The notes: generated by a model not told the origin, from the sequence alone. A stretch of DNA of 64,000 nt from Octopus vulgaris (GCA_951406725.2 OX597826.1:60636001-60700000), one strand, 5' to 3'. Shown: positions 14,011 to 28,842, counted from the first letter of the stretch. Made by a program: numbers and translations.

Positions 14011-14397
14011 CCAGGAACTTAATTCTCCAACAAAATGCACAGCAAGCTTTTCGACAAAACGCTCACGAGGAGCCCATGGAATAAATGGCACAAACTGTCT
14101 ATCTTTATGCGTTGACGCCAGGCTGGGTGAAAGCAGACGAGAAGGTCCGTTGAGATAATTCAAGGTCAAAATCCGGTTAGCAGAAGGGGAGTACAGGAAA
14201 ATCAAAGAGTGTGAATGTATTCTGTATGACTGGTGTTAATATTTGAATTATTTTAAGAATGAGTGCTAGAGCGTTTGAGTGTGAGGAATTGCTTTCATGT
14301 ATGTGTGTGTGCGTCTATGTGCCTTTTCTGTTGTGATTTTTGCTACCCAGGTACCGGTTATCATTTGAATTATCCGTAATAAGATAATTCATTTATC

Positions 14398-14438
<41 letters not shown>

Positions 14439-14462
14439 GAGAGAGAGAGAGAGAAGAGAGAG

Positions 14463-14511
<49 letters not shown>

Positions 14512-14755
14512 TGTGTATGTCCGTGTGTGGATACGTATACATGTATATCAATGAATGTATATGTATATATGTGTATATAATATATTTATATATATATATA
14601 TAAATATAAATATAAATATAAATATATATATATATTTATATATATATATATTTATAATATATTTATAAATATATATATATATATAACCAGGTGGTGCTAT
14701 TAAGTTAGACATGGCCTGGGCCAATAATGGCCGAAACCTATCAAAGTATCAAAGT

Positions 14756-14816
<61 letters not shown>

Positions 14817-14945
14817 TATGCAAAGCTTCATTCGTACTGTTTGAATTCGTTGGTACTGGCAGTCGAGGATGGTTTGTCTGGGTTTACTCATATCAGACGC
14901 GTATGTTCGATTTTTAGTGCTCTCAAATCCAAATCTAAGAAAACT

Positions 14946-15000
14946 TTGAGCTGACGAAGGAAATGTTGAGTTTTAAATTCAACTAATCCAGAAACGTACA
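14946..15000 (+). ncRNA. 3'-damaged hammerhead motif
   Basis: CTGACGA (14951-14957), stem II GGA..GTTGAGTTT/AAATTCAAC..TCC, GAAACGTAC; cleavage triplet and stem I 3' arm missing. Confidence 0.5.
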
Positions 15001-15180
15001 TGTGATGTTTTGTTATTTTTCCCTCCATACCTACGTGAATTATTTTTCAGTATACATTGTCTGGGAGATTTTTCTTATAGTAGAAGAATTAGCTAAGATT
15101 TTTTAGCTGCTATTTCTAAAAGTTCAGTGTGTGGTAAAGTAAATTATTTTACTGAACCCTAATTATATAACGTAATGTTT

Positions 15181-15212
<32 letters not shown>

Positions 15213-15243
15213 CGTTTATATATATATATATATATATGTATGT

Positions 15244-15307
<64 letters not shown>

Positions 15308-15336
15308 ATATGGGTGTATTTATATATATGTATATG

Positions 15337-15380
<44 letters not shown>

Positions 15381-15534
15381 GTGAGAGAGGGGGAGAGATA
15401 AGGACGCCTGAACACGAATACGCACATAGGAATGGATATGTACATGGTCATATATATACATGATTACATATGTGTAAGAATTTGTGAATATGGGTTAGTC
15501 ATTGCGTTTGCCTTTCTCTGTAAGCGAGTGGATG

Positions 15535-15590
<56 letters not shown>

Positions 15591-15951
15591 TCCACTCTGT
15601 AAGCGTGTGGATATATGAGTGTGTTTATGTGTAATTGTGCGGTTGTGACAGAGAATGTATTGGAAATATTAATGTAAAGAAGCGTGTGGAAAGAAGGAAA
15701 AATTGAAATATTGTCAGAATACAATGAAAGATGAGAAGAGTGTTCTCAGCTTATGTGTAGAAAGAGGGTCTTTACTAAACATATATTTTACTCAACCCTC
15801 AGGCTACAGGGGAAATATTGAAACGACTCACATAAGCATATATAGGTTCACATAAGGAAGTAATAATTCTACATACATACGTAATACATACATGTGTGTG
15901 TGCATGTATATATATATGTACGTAAATATTTACGTATTGACACGTACGTAT

Positions 15952-15994
<43 letters not shown>

Positions 15995-16035
15995 ATTTAT
16001 ACGAAATAGTGTATTTGTGTGTATATATGTGTATG

Positions 16036-16120
<85 letters not shown>

Positions 16121-16516
16121 TGTATATATTTGTTTATATGCATATATTTTGGAGCGAGGTGTATATATAGACGAAAAGATAGATGATTGGATATAGATAT
16201 CGATACAGATATACGCATTGATATATATTTATGCGTGTGTGTGTGTCTGTATGTGTGCCTGTGAGTGTCTTGAGGTGTATGTGTGAATGCATATGTATAC
16301 ATGTAAACATCACTATATCTATGTGAGTATGTATATATATATATATATGTATGTATATATGTGTGTGTCGCATTGGCACATATGCAAGGACACACACCTA
16401 TATAGGTATCCTTAAGTGTATATATATACATGTGTGCGTATGTGTCCGTTTGTGTGTATCAATATCTATGAAGGAGTGTGTGCATGCTTGTAAATAAGCA
16501 AATTAATATATATATG

Positions 16517-16569
<53 letters not shown>

Positions 16570-16587
16570 ATATATATACACACATAT

Positions 16588-16701
<114 letters not shown>

Positions 16702-17426
16702 TACGCACAAATATATACATGTATATATAATCCCCTGTCCTATATCTAAGTAAAAGTATTACGCCGTATTTGATAGAGAGGAAAATGAGAAGAGTGATTG
16801 GCGTTCTCCTGTTATGTTTTGCTTCTTTTTCATTTGTGCAGGGGACATAGCATTCGCAGTTGCTCCCTGTGCCCAATATCCTCTCTCAGAAATCATGATG
16901 GATTTTGTCATTTTGATTCTACAGTGAATGTGTACAGTCTCATTGATATTTCTGAAATGTTCTATACATAAATGGAAATGACGGGATATCTGTGATTACA
17001 GTTTATCTTTCTTTACCTTCATTTTTTTTCTATTATGTCGACTCCTTTTACAAAAAGTATTACATACGCAGATATATATATTGATATTTATCTGTAGATG
17101 TATTATATAAATGGTGTATGTGTGTGCATTTATATGCTTACATATACATACACACACATGCACACACATTGATATATATATATATATACATGCACAAACA
17201 TGTACACACACATATATATTTATATATACATACATTTATATATAAATATATGCATACACCAACACACACACAAATATATATGTAATCGGAGGTAAGTTTA
17301 CATTTATAGATATGTATATTATATATCAATGTATACACATACACAGATGTAGCTATGTATGCGTGTATGTGTATATTCTTGAAGAATAACACCAATACGC
17401 ACTGGCATGCATATATGTAGAGACCC

Positions 17427-17473
<47 letters not shown>

Positions 17474-17534
17474 TATACATATATGTATATATATATATAT
17501 ATATACATACAAATATATATACATATATATATAC

Positions 17535-17589
<55 letters not shown>

Positions 17590-17876
17590 ATATATGCCTA
17601 CATACATGTACATTGCTGAGATATATACTGCTGACTAAACCTAAAGAGTTTCTATTGATATTTTCGTGTATTCGTATATCATATCAATTATTGTATCATT
17701 GAAATTGTATATATCAAGTATTTCAATGGGCTTTCAGCATGCATGCATATATATATACCTATATAGGCGTGAGTGTATATATCTATCGTGAGTATACATA
17801 TAAGACCATACATATTTATACACATATGTATATAATAAAATGTGTGTGTGTGTGTGTGTGTTTGAGTGTGGGTATC

Positions 17877-17915
<39 letters not shown>

Positions 17916-18245
17916 AATATTATGTATTATCTACGGGTTACTTTTTATACACTTTTAGTAAGATTATTGATGCCCCATACTTATTTGAAATTTATAAAGA
18001 AACTTTTCGACTCCATATCATTTGCCCCTACTTAACACCAACTGGGTATATATCCCTTTTTCTGAAACAACGGCCATATCCATTAAACTAAGAAAATGTC
18101 TGCCACCGAATTCTTAATATATCGTTTGTCAGTTTGACTTTATAAAAACTTGAACATATTTCAAGTACTCAAATATAATGATTTCTTTAACCATGCTAAT
18201 GTCCGACTGTTTTTATTTTCTGGTTTCAACATAAAAGGAGCTTCT

Positions 18246-18847
18246 TATTTCTTTTTTACCCACAGGGGGCTAAACACACAGGGGAACAAACAAAGACATA
18301 CAAAGGGATTAAGTCGATTACATCGACCCCAGTGCGTAACTGGTACTTAATTTATCGACCCCGAAAGGATGAAAGGCAAAGTCGACCTCGGCGGAATTAG
18401 AACCCAGAACATAGCGGCAGACGAAATACCTATTTCTTTACTACCCACAAGGGGCTAAACACAGAGGGGAAAAACAAGGACAGACAAACGGATTAAGTCG
18501 ATTACATCTACCCCAGTGCGTAACTGGTACTTAATTTATCGACCCCGAAAGGATGAAAGGCAAAGTCGACCTCGGCGGAATTTGAACTCAGAACGTAACG
18601 GCAGACGAAATACCTATTTCTTTACTACCCACAAGGGGCTAAACACAGAGGGGACAAACAAGGACAGACAAACGGATTAAGTCGATTACATCTACCCCAA
18701 TGCGTAACTGGTACTTAATTTATCGACCCCGAAAGGATGAAAGCCAAAATCGACCACGGCGGAATTTGAACGCAGAACGTAGCGACGGACGAAATACCGT
18801 TAAGCATTTCGCCCGGCGTGCTAACGTTTCTGGCAGCTCGCCGCCTT
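18246..18847 (-). mobile_element. SINE family B, one head plus three tandem ~184-bp body units, 15-bp TSD
   Basis: Head ggcggcgagctg..agaaacgttagcacg, B-box-like GTTCAAATTCC, central gcctttcatcctttcggggtcgataaa (Meta-SINE-like, from memory); TSD ataaaaggagYttct at 18231-18245 and 18848-18862. Confidence 0.9.
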
Positions 18848-19192
18848 ATAAAAGGAGTTTCTGTTAGATTTTCAATATAATCGAGTACATTTTAGCTAGT
18901 TTTGTTCACTAAAATCCGTAGATATATAGATACGTAGAAGCGAATATCACTTACTGCGTTTATATAAACATTTCGTCATCTTTCTAAGCACATTGCTCTT
19001 GGATGTGGTGTTACCTAACTAAACAGCCTGCAGCGTTTTGCGAAAGCCCTTCTATGTATACTTCCCATTCGTTGTATATTCCGATATGTGTTCTGCTTGG
19101 AACACAAAATTTGCCTGAAATGAAGAATTATAGTAGAAGAGTTATTATAAAATAAATGTATACATACTTGCACATTTATGTGTGTGCGTGTG

Positions 19193-19350
<158 letters not shown>

Positions 19351-19770
19351 TGGATATCTTTTATATTTTATGCCTCACTTGTTTCGGTCGTGACACTGGA
19401 TGGAACATTGCATTGAAAGCCTAGTACTTTATGTGTGTGTATTTGTGTGTATGTGTGTGTGTGTGTGAGTGTGTGTGTGTGTGTGAGTGTGTGTGTGTGT
19501 GTTTATAGTTAAGATATAGATATAAATATAGATGTATATATATAGATATGAAGGAAGGATCGGCTAGGTGCATATGAAATTTGAATAGCTGATATCTGTT
19601 AATATTAAGTGCTGCGTCCATTTTCGCATTACTTCCAATAAATTCTACACAGAGCAGTGACCTCAAATGCTTCTACGCTGGAACGAAGGAACATGTTCGG
19701 CCCGTGGAATCATCAACCTGGTCTCTTCAATCAGTAGACGCCAACACATTCCTGATTGAACAACAAGATA

Positions 19771-20179
19771 GGCGCAGGAGTGGCTGTGTGGTAAGTAGCT
19801 TGTTTACCAACCACATGGTTCCGGGTTCAGTCCCACTGCGTGGCATCTTGGGCAAGTGTCTTCTGCTATAGCCCTGGGCCGACCAATGCCTTGTGAGTGG
19901 ATTTGGTAGACGGAAACTGAAAGAAGCCTGTCGTATATATGTATATATATATATATGTATGTGTGTGTATGTGTGTCTGTGTTTGTTCCTCTAGCATTGC
20001 TTGACAACCGATGCTGGTGTGTTTACGTCCCCGTCACTTAGCGGTTCGGCAAAAAGAGATCGATAGAATAAGTACTGGGCTTACAAACAGAATAAGTCCC
20101 GGGATCGAGTTGCTCGACTAAAGGCGATGCTCCAGCATGGCCGCAGTCAAATGACTGAAACAAGTAAAAGAGAAAAGAG
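19771..20179 (+). mobile_element. tRNA-derived SINE family A, full length
   Basis: ggcgcaggagtggctgtgtggtaag head with A/B boxes; near-identical to 57216-57613. Confidence 0.92.
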
Positions 20180-21900
20180 ATATCATTTAATGCTGGAGAG
20201 AGCACTTCTCGGGTCTTCTGAACCAAAATTCCAACACTACGGAAGACTTCTTGAAGAATGTACCCATGCATCCAAATCGACACGGATGAACACGCCACTA
20301 TCGTACGAAGATTTCTAGATTGCATTCAAGGGCATGAAGTACCGAGTGTCCCTTGGCCCAGTCCACATACCAGTGGAAATTCTTATATCCGTCTGTTCAC
20401 ATTGATTTTACGAATGTGGAACAACCACCGTATACTCAAAAGCCTCAAAGAGACAGAAAAATCTGTGGGAGCTATAGTGACATCTCACTGCTCTCCACCG
20501 CAGAGAAAATCATTGCAAGGCTCCTTCTGTATCGTCCCCATGTCATCGCGAAGGAAGTCCTACCCGAATCACAATGTGGATTTCGACCATCCAGAGGGAC
20601 AACTGACATGATATTTTGTGCTCGACAAATTCAGGAAAAACGTAGAGAGCAACAAAAACCTCTCTATTTTTTCTCCGAACTCGAAAAGGCCTTTGATACC
20701 GTCCCAATGCCTGCAATGTGGACGGTCCTTCGACGCTTCGGCTGCCCCTGTCTGTGCTGAGATTACATGACGGTATGACTGGAACCATTAAAACCAACTG
20801 TCTGAAGACTTCTCCATCACTGGAGGATTAAAAAAAGGCTGCGCTTTGGCCCCGACGTTCTTCCCCTGTACCTTGCAGCAATGTTTCATGAATTGTCTTC
20901 GGACAATGCAGGAGTCAACATTAGGTACCGAAACGACGGGGGACGTTCCAACCTTGCCAGATTGAAGACACAAAGACTGACCAGGAAGCAAATGATCACT
21001 GAACTTCAGTATGCTGATGACAACGCAACGGTCTGTCACATCAGTGAACTGCTTCAACAATCCGTGAATAACTTCATCAATACTTATACTCGGTTTTGGC
21101 CTAAAAGACAACATCATAAAGTCAAGAATCCTGACACAACCCGTTCTGAGTCAGGAAACTCCAGACCTCAACATTACCCTCCCGGAGACGCCACTGGAGA
21201 AAGTCGACCACTTTTGATACTTAGGAAGTTTGCTTTCGAACGAGTGTACATTGGAAAAGGACGTGAAGAACCGATTAAGAGCGCCTCACACCACGTTTGG
21301 TGAACTCGCGAAAAAGGTCTTTAAGAACAAATATCTGAACCACAAAACAAAATTGATTGTCTACCAAGCAATCGTGATCTCCACTCTCTTCTACCGTAGT
21401 GAAACCTTGACTCTTTACCGAAAATGACGTCAAAAGCTAGAACGCTTTCACCAACTGTTTCCGTTCTATTATGAATATCAAATGGAATGACTGTGTGACC
21501 GTTGACTCCGTTTTGGAGAGAACGAAAAGCAGCAGCATCGAGGCCACCATCCTGAAACATCGTTTGAGATGGGTGGACCATGTTGCAAGAATGAAAGAGA
21601 CCAGGTTGCTTCGTCAAATTTGATAGAAGACACCGTGGCTGTCCCCTCCGTTGATCCACGGACGAGTTGAAGCAGAGCCTAAAACTGACTGGAATCCAAC
21701 TCAGAACCACTATGACAGATCATTTTGAAGCTGAGCGACAGAGAAAAGAGAAAGTGAAAGAGAAATGACAAGAGAGAAAATAGTCTGCAACAACCAAATC
21801 CTCCACCACGGATCCCTTGTGAACTCTTCAATAGGCGCTTACGTGCAAAAATCGGCCTCATCAGTCATCAGAAGCAAAAACACGGACAGAGACACGAGAT
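20180..21900 (+). pseudogene. Decayed, 5'-truncated RTE-clade LINE (reverse transcriptase and C-terminal region)
   Basis: Frameshifted motifs ISLLSTAEKIIAR, LPESQCGFRPSRGTTDMIFCARQIQEK, LEKAFDTV, GLKKGCALAP, ELQYADD, KTKLIVYQAIVISTLFY, RLRWVDHVARM, KIGLISHQ. Confidence 0.92.
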
Positions 21901-21944
21901 AAAACGCCACCGACAACGACACTTTATCTTACCCTTAGATACAT

Positions 21945-22062
<118 letters not shown>

Positions 22063-22751
22063 GACAGACTCTCCGATCGAAGACGGCGAATGAGTGCTCA
22101 GTGAGAAGGCAGAAGCAGAAAAAATAATCCAACCAAATAGACAATCAACAACACACATTACTATTATATAATTCACCAATGTTTACAATTCATTCGCTTC
22201 ACCTGGTGACTTCTTATGTGAGTCATCGGGTTATCAAAAGCAATGTGGATACGATTATCAACATGATCTATAAAACTACACACGCACACACATACACACA
22301 CGGATATATATGGATAGAGGAGAGAAATGCAGTGACGACGAGGATTAATCTGTATTAACTTCGCCATCACACGGTTGTATCCTTACTGAAACAGTGGCAG
22401 TATGTTGTAAGGACGAATCTAGATATACATACATATACCAATATTTATATACATAATGGACTCACCCATAGAGCACGACATATGAGTTTTCAGCTTCTGC
22501 CGAACGATCTACACAAATGTTTTGTTTATAGTAACCAAATATATGTGCCGTACTAATACTATATAATCGACGTTGCCTGAACAGATTCACTGTATACCAT
22601 TCGTCAAATGTTGAAGTGATCGCAGAGAGACATGAGATGAAGCGCTTTGCTCAAGGAGAGCATAACACACCATGAATCTGGACCACGTTCTCACGATTGA
22701 GAGTGCAACATCATACCCACTAGGCCATGCGCCCTCACAATATATTTCGCA

Positions 22752-23141
22752 GGGCGAAATGCTTAACGGTATTTCGTCTGCCGCTACGTTCTGAATTCAA
22801 ATTCCGCCGAGGTCGACTTTGCCTTTCATTCTTTTTGGACCGATTAAATAAGTACCAGTTACGCACTGGAGTCGATATAATCGACTTAATCCGTTTGTCT
22901 ATCCTTGTTTGTCCTCTCTGTGTCTAGCCCCTTCTGGGTAGTAAAGAAATAGAAATAGTATTTCGCCTGTCTTTACGTTTTGAGTTCAAATTCTGCCGAG
23001 ATTGACTTTGCCTTTCATCATTTCGGGGTCGATTAAATAAGTACTAGTTGCGCACTGGGGTCGATGCAATCGACTTAATCCCTTTGTCTGTCCTTGTTTG
23101 TCCCCTGTATGTTTAGCCCCTTGTGGGCAATAAAGAAATAA
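22752..23141 (+). mobile_element. SINE family B, two tandem body units
   Basis: Reverse complement of the units at 18246-18847. Confidence 0.88.
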
Positions 23142-23716
23142 ATATATATATATATATATGTGTGTGTATAGGTAGCTCGATAAATGTGGTATATTTATCA
23201 CCTGTGTTTTTGCGACTAAACTGCGATACGTTCCAGAATGTTCTGCTTTGATTGGCTAACATTTTGTGCGTGAAATTATTATGTCTATTCAACGCCAGGA
23301 GCATCCACCAGACATAATAATCATCGTAATGCAGAGTAAATAGGTCAGCGAGCTCTTCGTTAGATATATTTATTATTTAGTTCATTTCTACATCTTTCCA
23401 TACATTAATTTTCTATTAATTGGTAGAGCTGATTATGATTTTGTGCACGTATATCCAAAAACTTATTTGAATAATATCTTCTTAGAGTTATTGATTCATC
23501 AGTGGCAATTAATTGCTTATTATATGAAGCTAGCTGTATACATAAAAGCAGAAATATCGCTTATGATCCTCCTGTGTCTGTCGGTGATTAAAAGTGGCAT
23601 TATGGCGATCTGGCGTTGTGTTTATGCAACTCTATGCTATGTCGCATTCTGGCAAGTGCATTGCAACACATTTTGGAAAGAAGCGAGCATAAAGTCAAGA
23701 TGGATGTGTATATATA

Positions 23717-23791
<75 letters not shown>

Positions 23792-23805
23792 ATACAAATA
23801 TGTAT

Positions 23806-24203
23806 ACTCTTTTACTCTATTACTTGTTTCAGTCATTTGACTGCGGCCATGCTGGAGCCCCGCCTTTAGTCGAGCAGATCGACCCCGGGACTTATTCTTA
23901 AGCCCAGTACTTAATCTATCGGTCTCTTTTGCCGAACCGCCAAGTGACGGGGGCGTAAACACACCAGCATCGGTTGTTAAGCAATCCTAGGGGGACAAAC
24001 ACAGACACACAAACACATACACACACATACATATATATATTTATGTGTACGACAGGCTTCTTTCAGTTTCCGTCTACCAAATCCACTCACAAGGCATTGG
24101 TCGGCCCGGGGCTATAGCAGAAGAGACTTGCCCACGATGCCACGCAATGGGACTGAACTCGGAACCATGTGGTTGGTTAGCAAGCTACTTACCACACAGC
24201 CAC
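23806..24203 (-). mobile_element. tRNA-derived SINE family A
   Basis: Reverse complement of 19771-20179. Confidence 0.92.
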
Positions 24204-24284
24204 ATATATATAAATATATACATACATACACACACGCACACACAAGCAATCAAACATGTACCCAACTAACACACACGCGTGTGT

Positions 24285-24470
24285 ATAATTGGAGAATTTC
24301 TTTCTCCGTCTTCCCTTCCTTGGACTGTTCCTTTTTCTGTGTTTCTGACGAAGAGCTCCGCTCGAAACGTTAAATCGTCCTTCTTTGTTCCCTTTCCTGA
24401 GCGTCTAATAACACTATAATTGTTCCACGTCCTCGCGTTGTTTTGTTTTCTCTTTTTACATGTTTGGATT
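24285..24470 (+). mobile_element. Family-E-related element with minimal canonical-core HHR at 24341-24375
   Basis: GTTT-CTGACGA-A-GAGC-TCC-GCTC-GAAAC-GTT-AAAT; downstream ttcctgagcg..taata shared with family E; ends at (TA)n. Confidence 0.7.
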
Positions 24471-24494
24471 ATATATATATATATATATATATAT

Positions 24495-24686
<192 letters not shown>

Positions 24687-25038
24687 GTGATTGCAATCCG
24701 AACTGTCAACTCATCCATCCTCAAACAAACTTCATTCACCCACGAAGTCAACGCTACTATGAAAAGTCATACATCTACAACCACCACTATACAGGTGCAC
24801 AATCATATGTGCACACAACTAACATCACAATATAACAACCACCATCACACAAACATTTATTTACTCACATACTCACAACAATGTTCACACAATGATACGT
24901 AAATATAACCACCATCATGCAAGCAATCAAACATATACCCAACTAACATCAGAATCGCATAACTTCCATTACACACTTACACATATACACGGCCACACCA
25001 TGCTCACAAGCATCTGCACAAAATGATGCATACGCAAG

Positions 25039-25320
25039 ACTACCATCACATAATCATACATGCAAACGCCATCATACGACCAAACCTATACACAACTACC
25101 ATCACAATCTCACAACAACCATCAGCCATGCACATAAAAACTACCATCACCAAATCATACATGCAAACGCCATCATACGACCAAACATATACACAACTAC
25201 TATCACAATCTCACAACAACCATCAGCCATGCACATAAAAACTACCATCACAAAATCATACATGCAAACGCTATCATAAATCAAACATATACATAACTAA
25301 TATCACAATCTCACAACAAC
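25039..25320. repeat. Minisatellite, 101-bp unit, about 2.8 copies
   Basis: actaccatcac..aatcatacatgcaaacg starts at 25039, 25140 and 25241. Confidence 0.9.
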
Positions 25321-25753
25321 AAACACACATGCACACAACTACCATCGCTCAATTAGGCATGTACGGCCATCTTTATAAATTCATAGCAAAGCGATCACAT
25401 AGCCAGTAACACAGAATCGCACATGAACGCACAAACGACATAGAGTACGACAGCCAGCACACAGAAATATCACAGAATGTGCGAACCCGCCAACATCATC
25501 CTGCTACAGAATACACCCTAAAGATATCAATATTTTATTGATTTCCTTAACAATATGATAATTTTTAAATGGAATATTTACAAACCAAACTCAGCATTAA
25601 ATGTTAGAAATACGAAAATAAAGAAAAAGAAAAAAGAATCATATTAAAAGCAATGATATACAAAAATATGGTTTCAAAATGCATTGAAATAAAAAGAGAG
25701 TATTTTAACTGAATATTGAATAAAATAGCAATAACAAATTAGTCATATATATA

Positions 25754-25792
<39 letters not shown>

Positions 25793-25869
25793 GTATGTTT
25801 ATATCCAGATGAGTATGTAAGTATTGTTTATATGTAAGTATATGTTTGCATGCGTTGGGATACATGTAC

Positions 25870-25945
<76 letters not shown>

Positions 25946-25961
25946 TTATATAATATATATA

Positions 25962-26026
<65 letters not shown>

Positions 26027-26536
26027 CTTTAATAAATACAAAATGTATCTGTGCATACGAAAAGAAAAGTGTATATTAGTTATAACATTTATATACAAAA
26101 TAAAATATATGTGTATGAGTGTACGGCACTTGATGTCGGTATATCAGCTTGTATTTATGATGTATGTATGGCTGAATGTGTATGCAGCTAATTATCGCCT
26201 GAGGCGTCATGTAATATCGGTGATGTTAAAAATTTCTAGATAATAAACTTACACGTATATGGATGCTTATATTTTATTTGCATATATTGTGTCCGTATTT
26301 AAGTGTTTCTGGGCTTCTCTATATGTGTGCTTCTGTAAGAGACTGTGAGTGTATGTATGCTTGTATACATGTTTGTGTATGTATGCATGTATACATGTTT
26401 GAATATGCATTGTTAAATATATATATATACATATATATAGAGAGAGAGAGTGAGATAGATAGATAGATAGATAGATATAGATAAAGATATATATATATAT
26501 AAAAATAGATTCATATATAGATTGATGGATATAGAT

Positions 26537-26610
<74 letters not shown>

Positions 26611-26611
26611 A

Positions 26612-27477
26612 TACACTGGGGTTCTGATCAATAGGTATCTGAGATGTTGCCATAGTAACGAGGCTAAACCACGCAGAGTGAAGCCGCTTAGCAATGAAAT
26701 ATGCTGCGCATGTGCACTACGTTTTGACGATCTAGCTCACTTCTGCAGTGCCTAGAAGGAAGATGTGTAGCGTGTGATCGTCGCATAGACCATGACATAG
26801 AAAGTTGTCATGGAGATACCTACTGTGAGGCCTACAGAGATTTGCAGAAAGTGTATAGAGATGACAGTATGAACGGCACACTCATGTACGGACAGACGTT
26901 CCATGACGGCTGAAACAATGTCAATATTGACGAACGTTCTGAGGGACACGCAGCCATCAGAAATGAAAAAAAACATTGTCGATGTGCGTTCAGCTATGAG
27001 GGGAAATCGTCGAATCACCATCTGTGAGTTATGAGAGGTTGTTCAGATTAGTTAAGGTTCAGTTCAGCCCATTGTCACTGAAGATTTGGGTATGAGACCT
27101 GTGTCGCCAAACTGCTTTCAGCTGACCAAAAGGATACTCGGGTTTCAGTTGTACTAGATCACATTGATTGTGTCGAGAAAGACGAAAACTTTTTGAAAAC
27201 TTTGCGTAGGCCACGAAGTAGACATCGCCAAGCCTTTGGCAAAATGTGATGCAGATTGTCTGCTCAAATTTCTCTCTCATGGTCAAATGCAACGATCACA
27301 CGCTACACACCTTCCTTCCAAGAACTGCTGTAGACAGTGAAAGTGAGCTAGAACGTTAACACGTAGTGCGCGTGCATAGCAGATTTCAAGATCAACCTGT
27401 GCCAAGCGGCTTCACACTGCGTGCTTTAAGTTAGTCGCTATGGCAACACTCCGGATACTTATTGATCAAACCACGTA
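26612..27477. mobile_element. Palindromic non-autonomous mariner derivative made of two inverted 5' ends
   Basis: ~190-bp diverged inverted arms bounded by TA; plus-strand relic DERSEG..NEKNIVDVRSAMRGNRRITICEL..IVTEDLGMRPVS; minus-strand MREKFEQTICITFCQRLG. Confidence 0.8.
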
Positions 27478-27479
27478 CG

Positions 27480-27524
<45 letters not shown>

Positions 27525-27559
27525 TGTAGTGAGGTTAAAGGTGACATACACGGACGATT

Positions 27560-28060
27560 ATAGCTATAACAGTCTTCGTGTAGTTCCTTCCTGCTGTTCC
27601 TTCGTGTAGTTCCTTCCTGTTGTTATTGGCTGGCTTCAGTTTGTTAATAAAGATGGCTTCCATAATTCTGAGATTGCCATTTTACGCTTAATTCACTTGA
27701 TGCAACCTTCCGATAAAGAAACAGTTTATGAAGTGCGAAACCCGGAATTTCAAAGTTTGCATCATGGCAATCTCCGAATTACGGAAACCCACCTTATTAA
27801 CAAACTGAAACCAGCCATTAACAACAGAAAGGAACTAAACAAAGCAGACTGGTTGCTGTAAGAGCAACAGTTCGCGTATTTCACCTTCCATATCCCTACG
27901 TTGCCCGTCTCACACACACACAGCACAATTCTGAGCAACAAGCTTCTTCCAACCACAGCTTTTCTGAATGTCCTGAAGAAGATGTTTTCACCCCGAAACA
28001 TAGAAATACAAAGTCAAAGTGCAGCTTTGTTCTCTTTACTTTTAATTTTGTAATTTACTT
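27560..28060. mobile_element. Penelope-like element relic: inverted pair of GIY-YIG C-termini plus downstream HHR motif
   Basis: Plus 27766-27861 GNLRITETHLINKLKPAINNRKELNK; minus 27608-27678 GNLRIMEAIFINKLKPANNNRKE; CTGAAGA..GAAACATA at 27973-28002. Confidence 0.72.
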
Positions 28061-28250
28061 TGTACCTTCTCGCATTGTCCCGGCTTTACACGTCAATATT
28101 CTTTAAAAGTACACCTCACAATGCTTCACAAAAATTACCTCTTATACACACACACACACCTATATATATGTGTGTGTTAGTGTGTGTGTGTGTGTTAGTG
28201 TGTGTGTGTGTGTGTGTGAGCGTGCGTGTGTGTGTGTGCATGTATGCAGG

Positions 28251-28460
28251 ACGCCATGATAGATCGTTAGCTCCTAAACGCATTTTTTTTCTTTCCTTGT
28301 TTCTCTCCTTGTTTTTTTCTGTGTATCTTTCTGTCGAAGAGCGTAGGCTCGAAACATAAAAGACTTTTTCTTTTTCTATTCCTGAGCGCTATACTAATAC
28401 ATTTGTTTGTATGTATTCCACCTGCCTTCGTCTTTTGTTTATTTTCGTAAACTTTCCCGT
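28251..28460 (+). mobile_element. Repeat family E copy with minimal HHR-like motif at 28326-28363
   Basis: TCTTT-CTGTCGA-A-GAGC-GTAG-GCTC-GAAAC-ATA-AAAGA; 5-bp stem I; ends at (TA)n. Confidence 0.78.
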
Positions 28461-28508
28461 TATATATATATATATATACATAAATATAAGTATGCGGATG
28501 TATGTGTT

Positions 28509-28550
<42 letters not shown>

Positions 28551-28842
28551 TGTGTGTGTGTATGTTGGAAAGGAACACACGAGTTGAGTTGTCATGTATA
28601 AGGAAAATAAGTCAAGGTAGAAAATGCGAAAAAAAATTTATCATAAAATACATTTTAGTATCGGTTTCAGTCATTAAGTACGGAAAACAATTAAATTTTG
28701 GAAAAATTAATTGAAAAGTATTTCTAAAATATATTTTCATAGTATTCAAATACAAGAGGCATTTTCCTTGTTTCTGCCTGTCTCTGTCATCATTTTTTTT
28801 TTTACTCTTGCGGGATGGAGGTAGTTGTGAATTCTTCGTAGA

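Noticed and set aside
19771-19845. tRNA-like sequences with A and B boxes
   Set aside because: They are SINE heads continuing into SINE bodies; no complete cloverleaf
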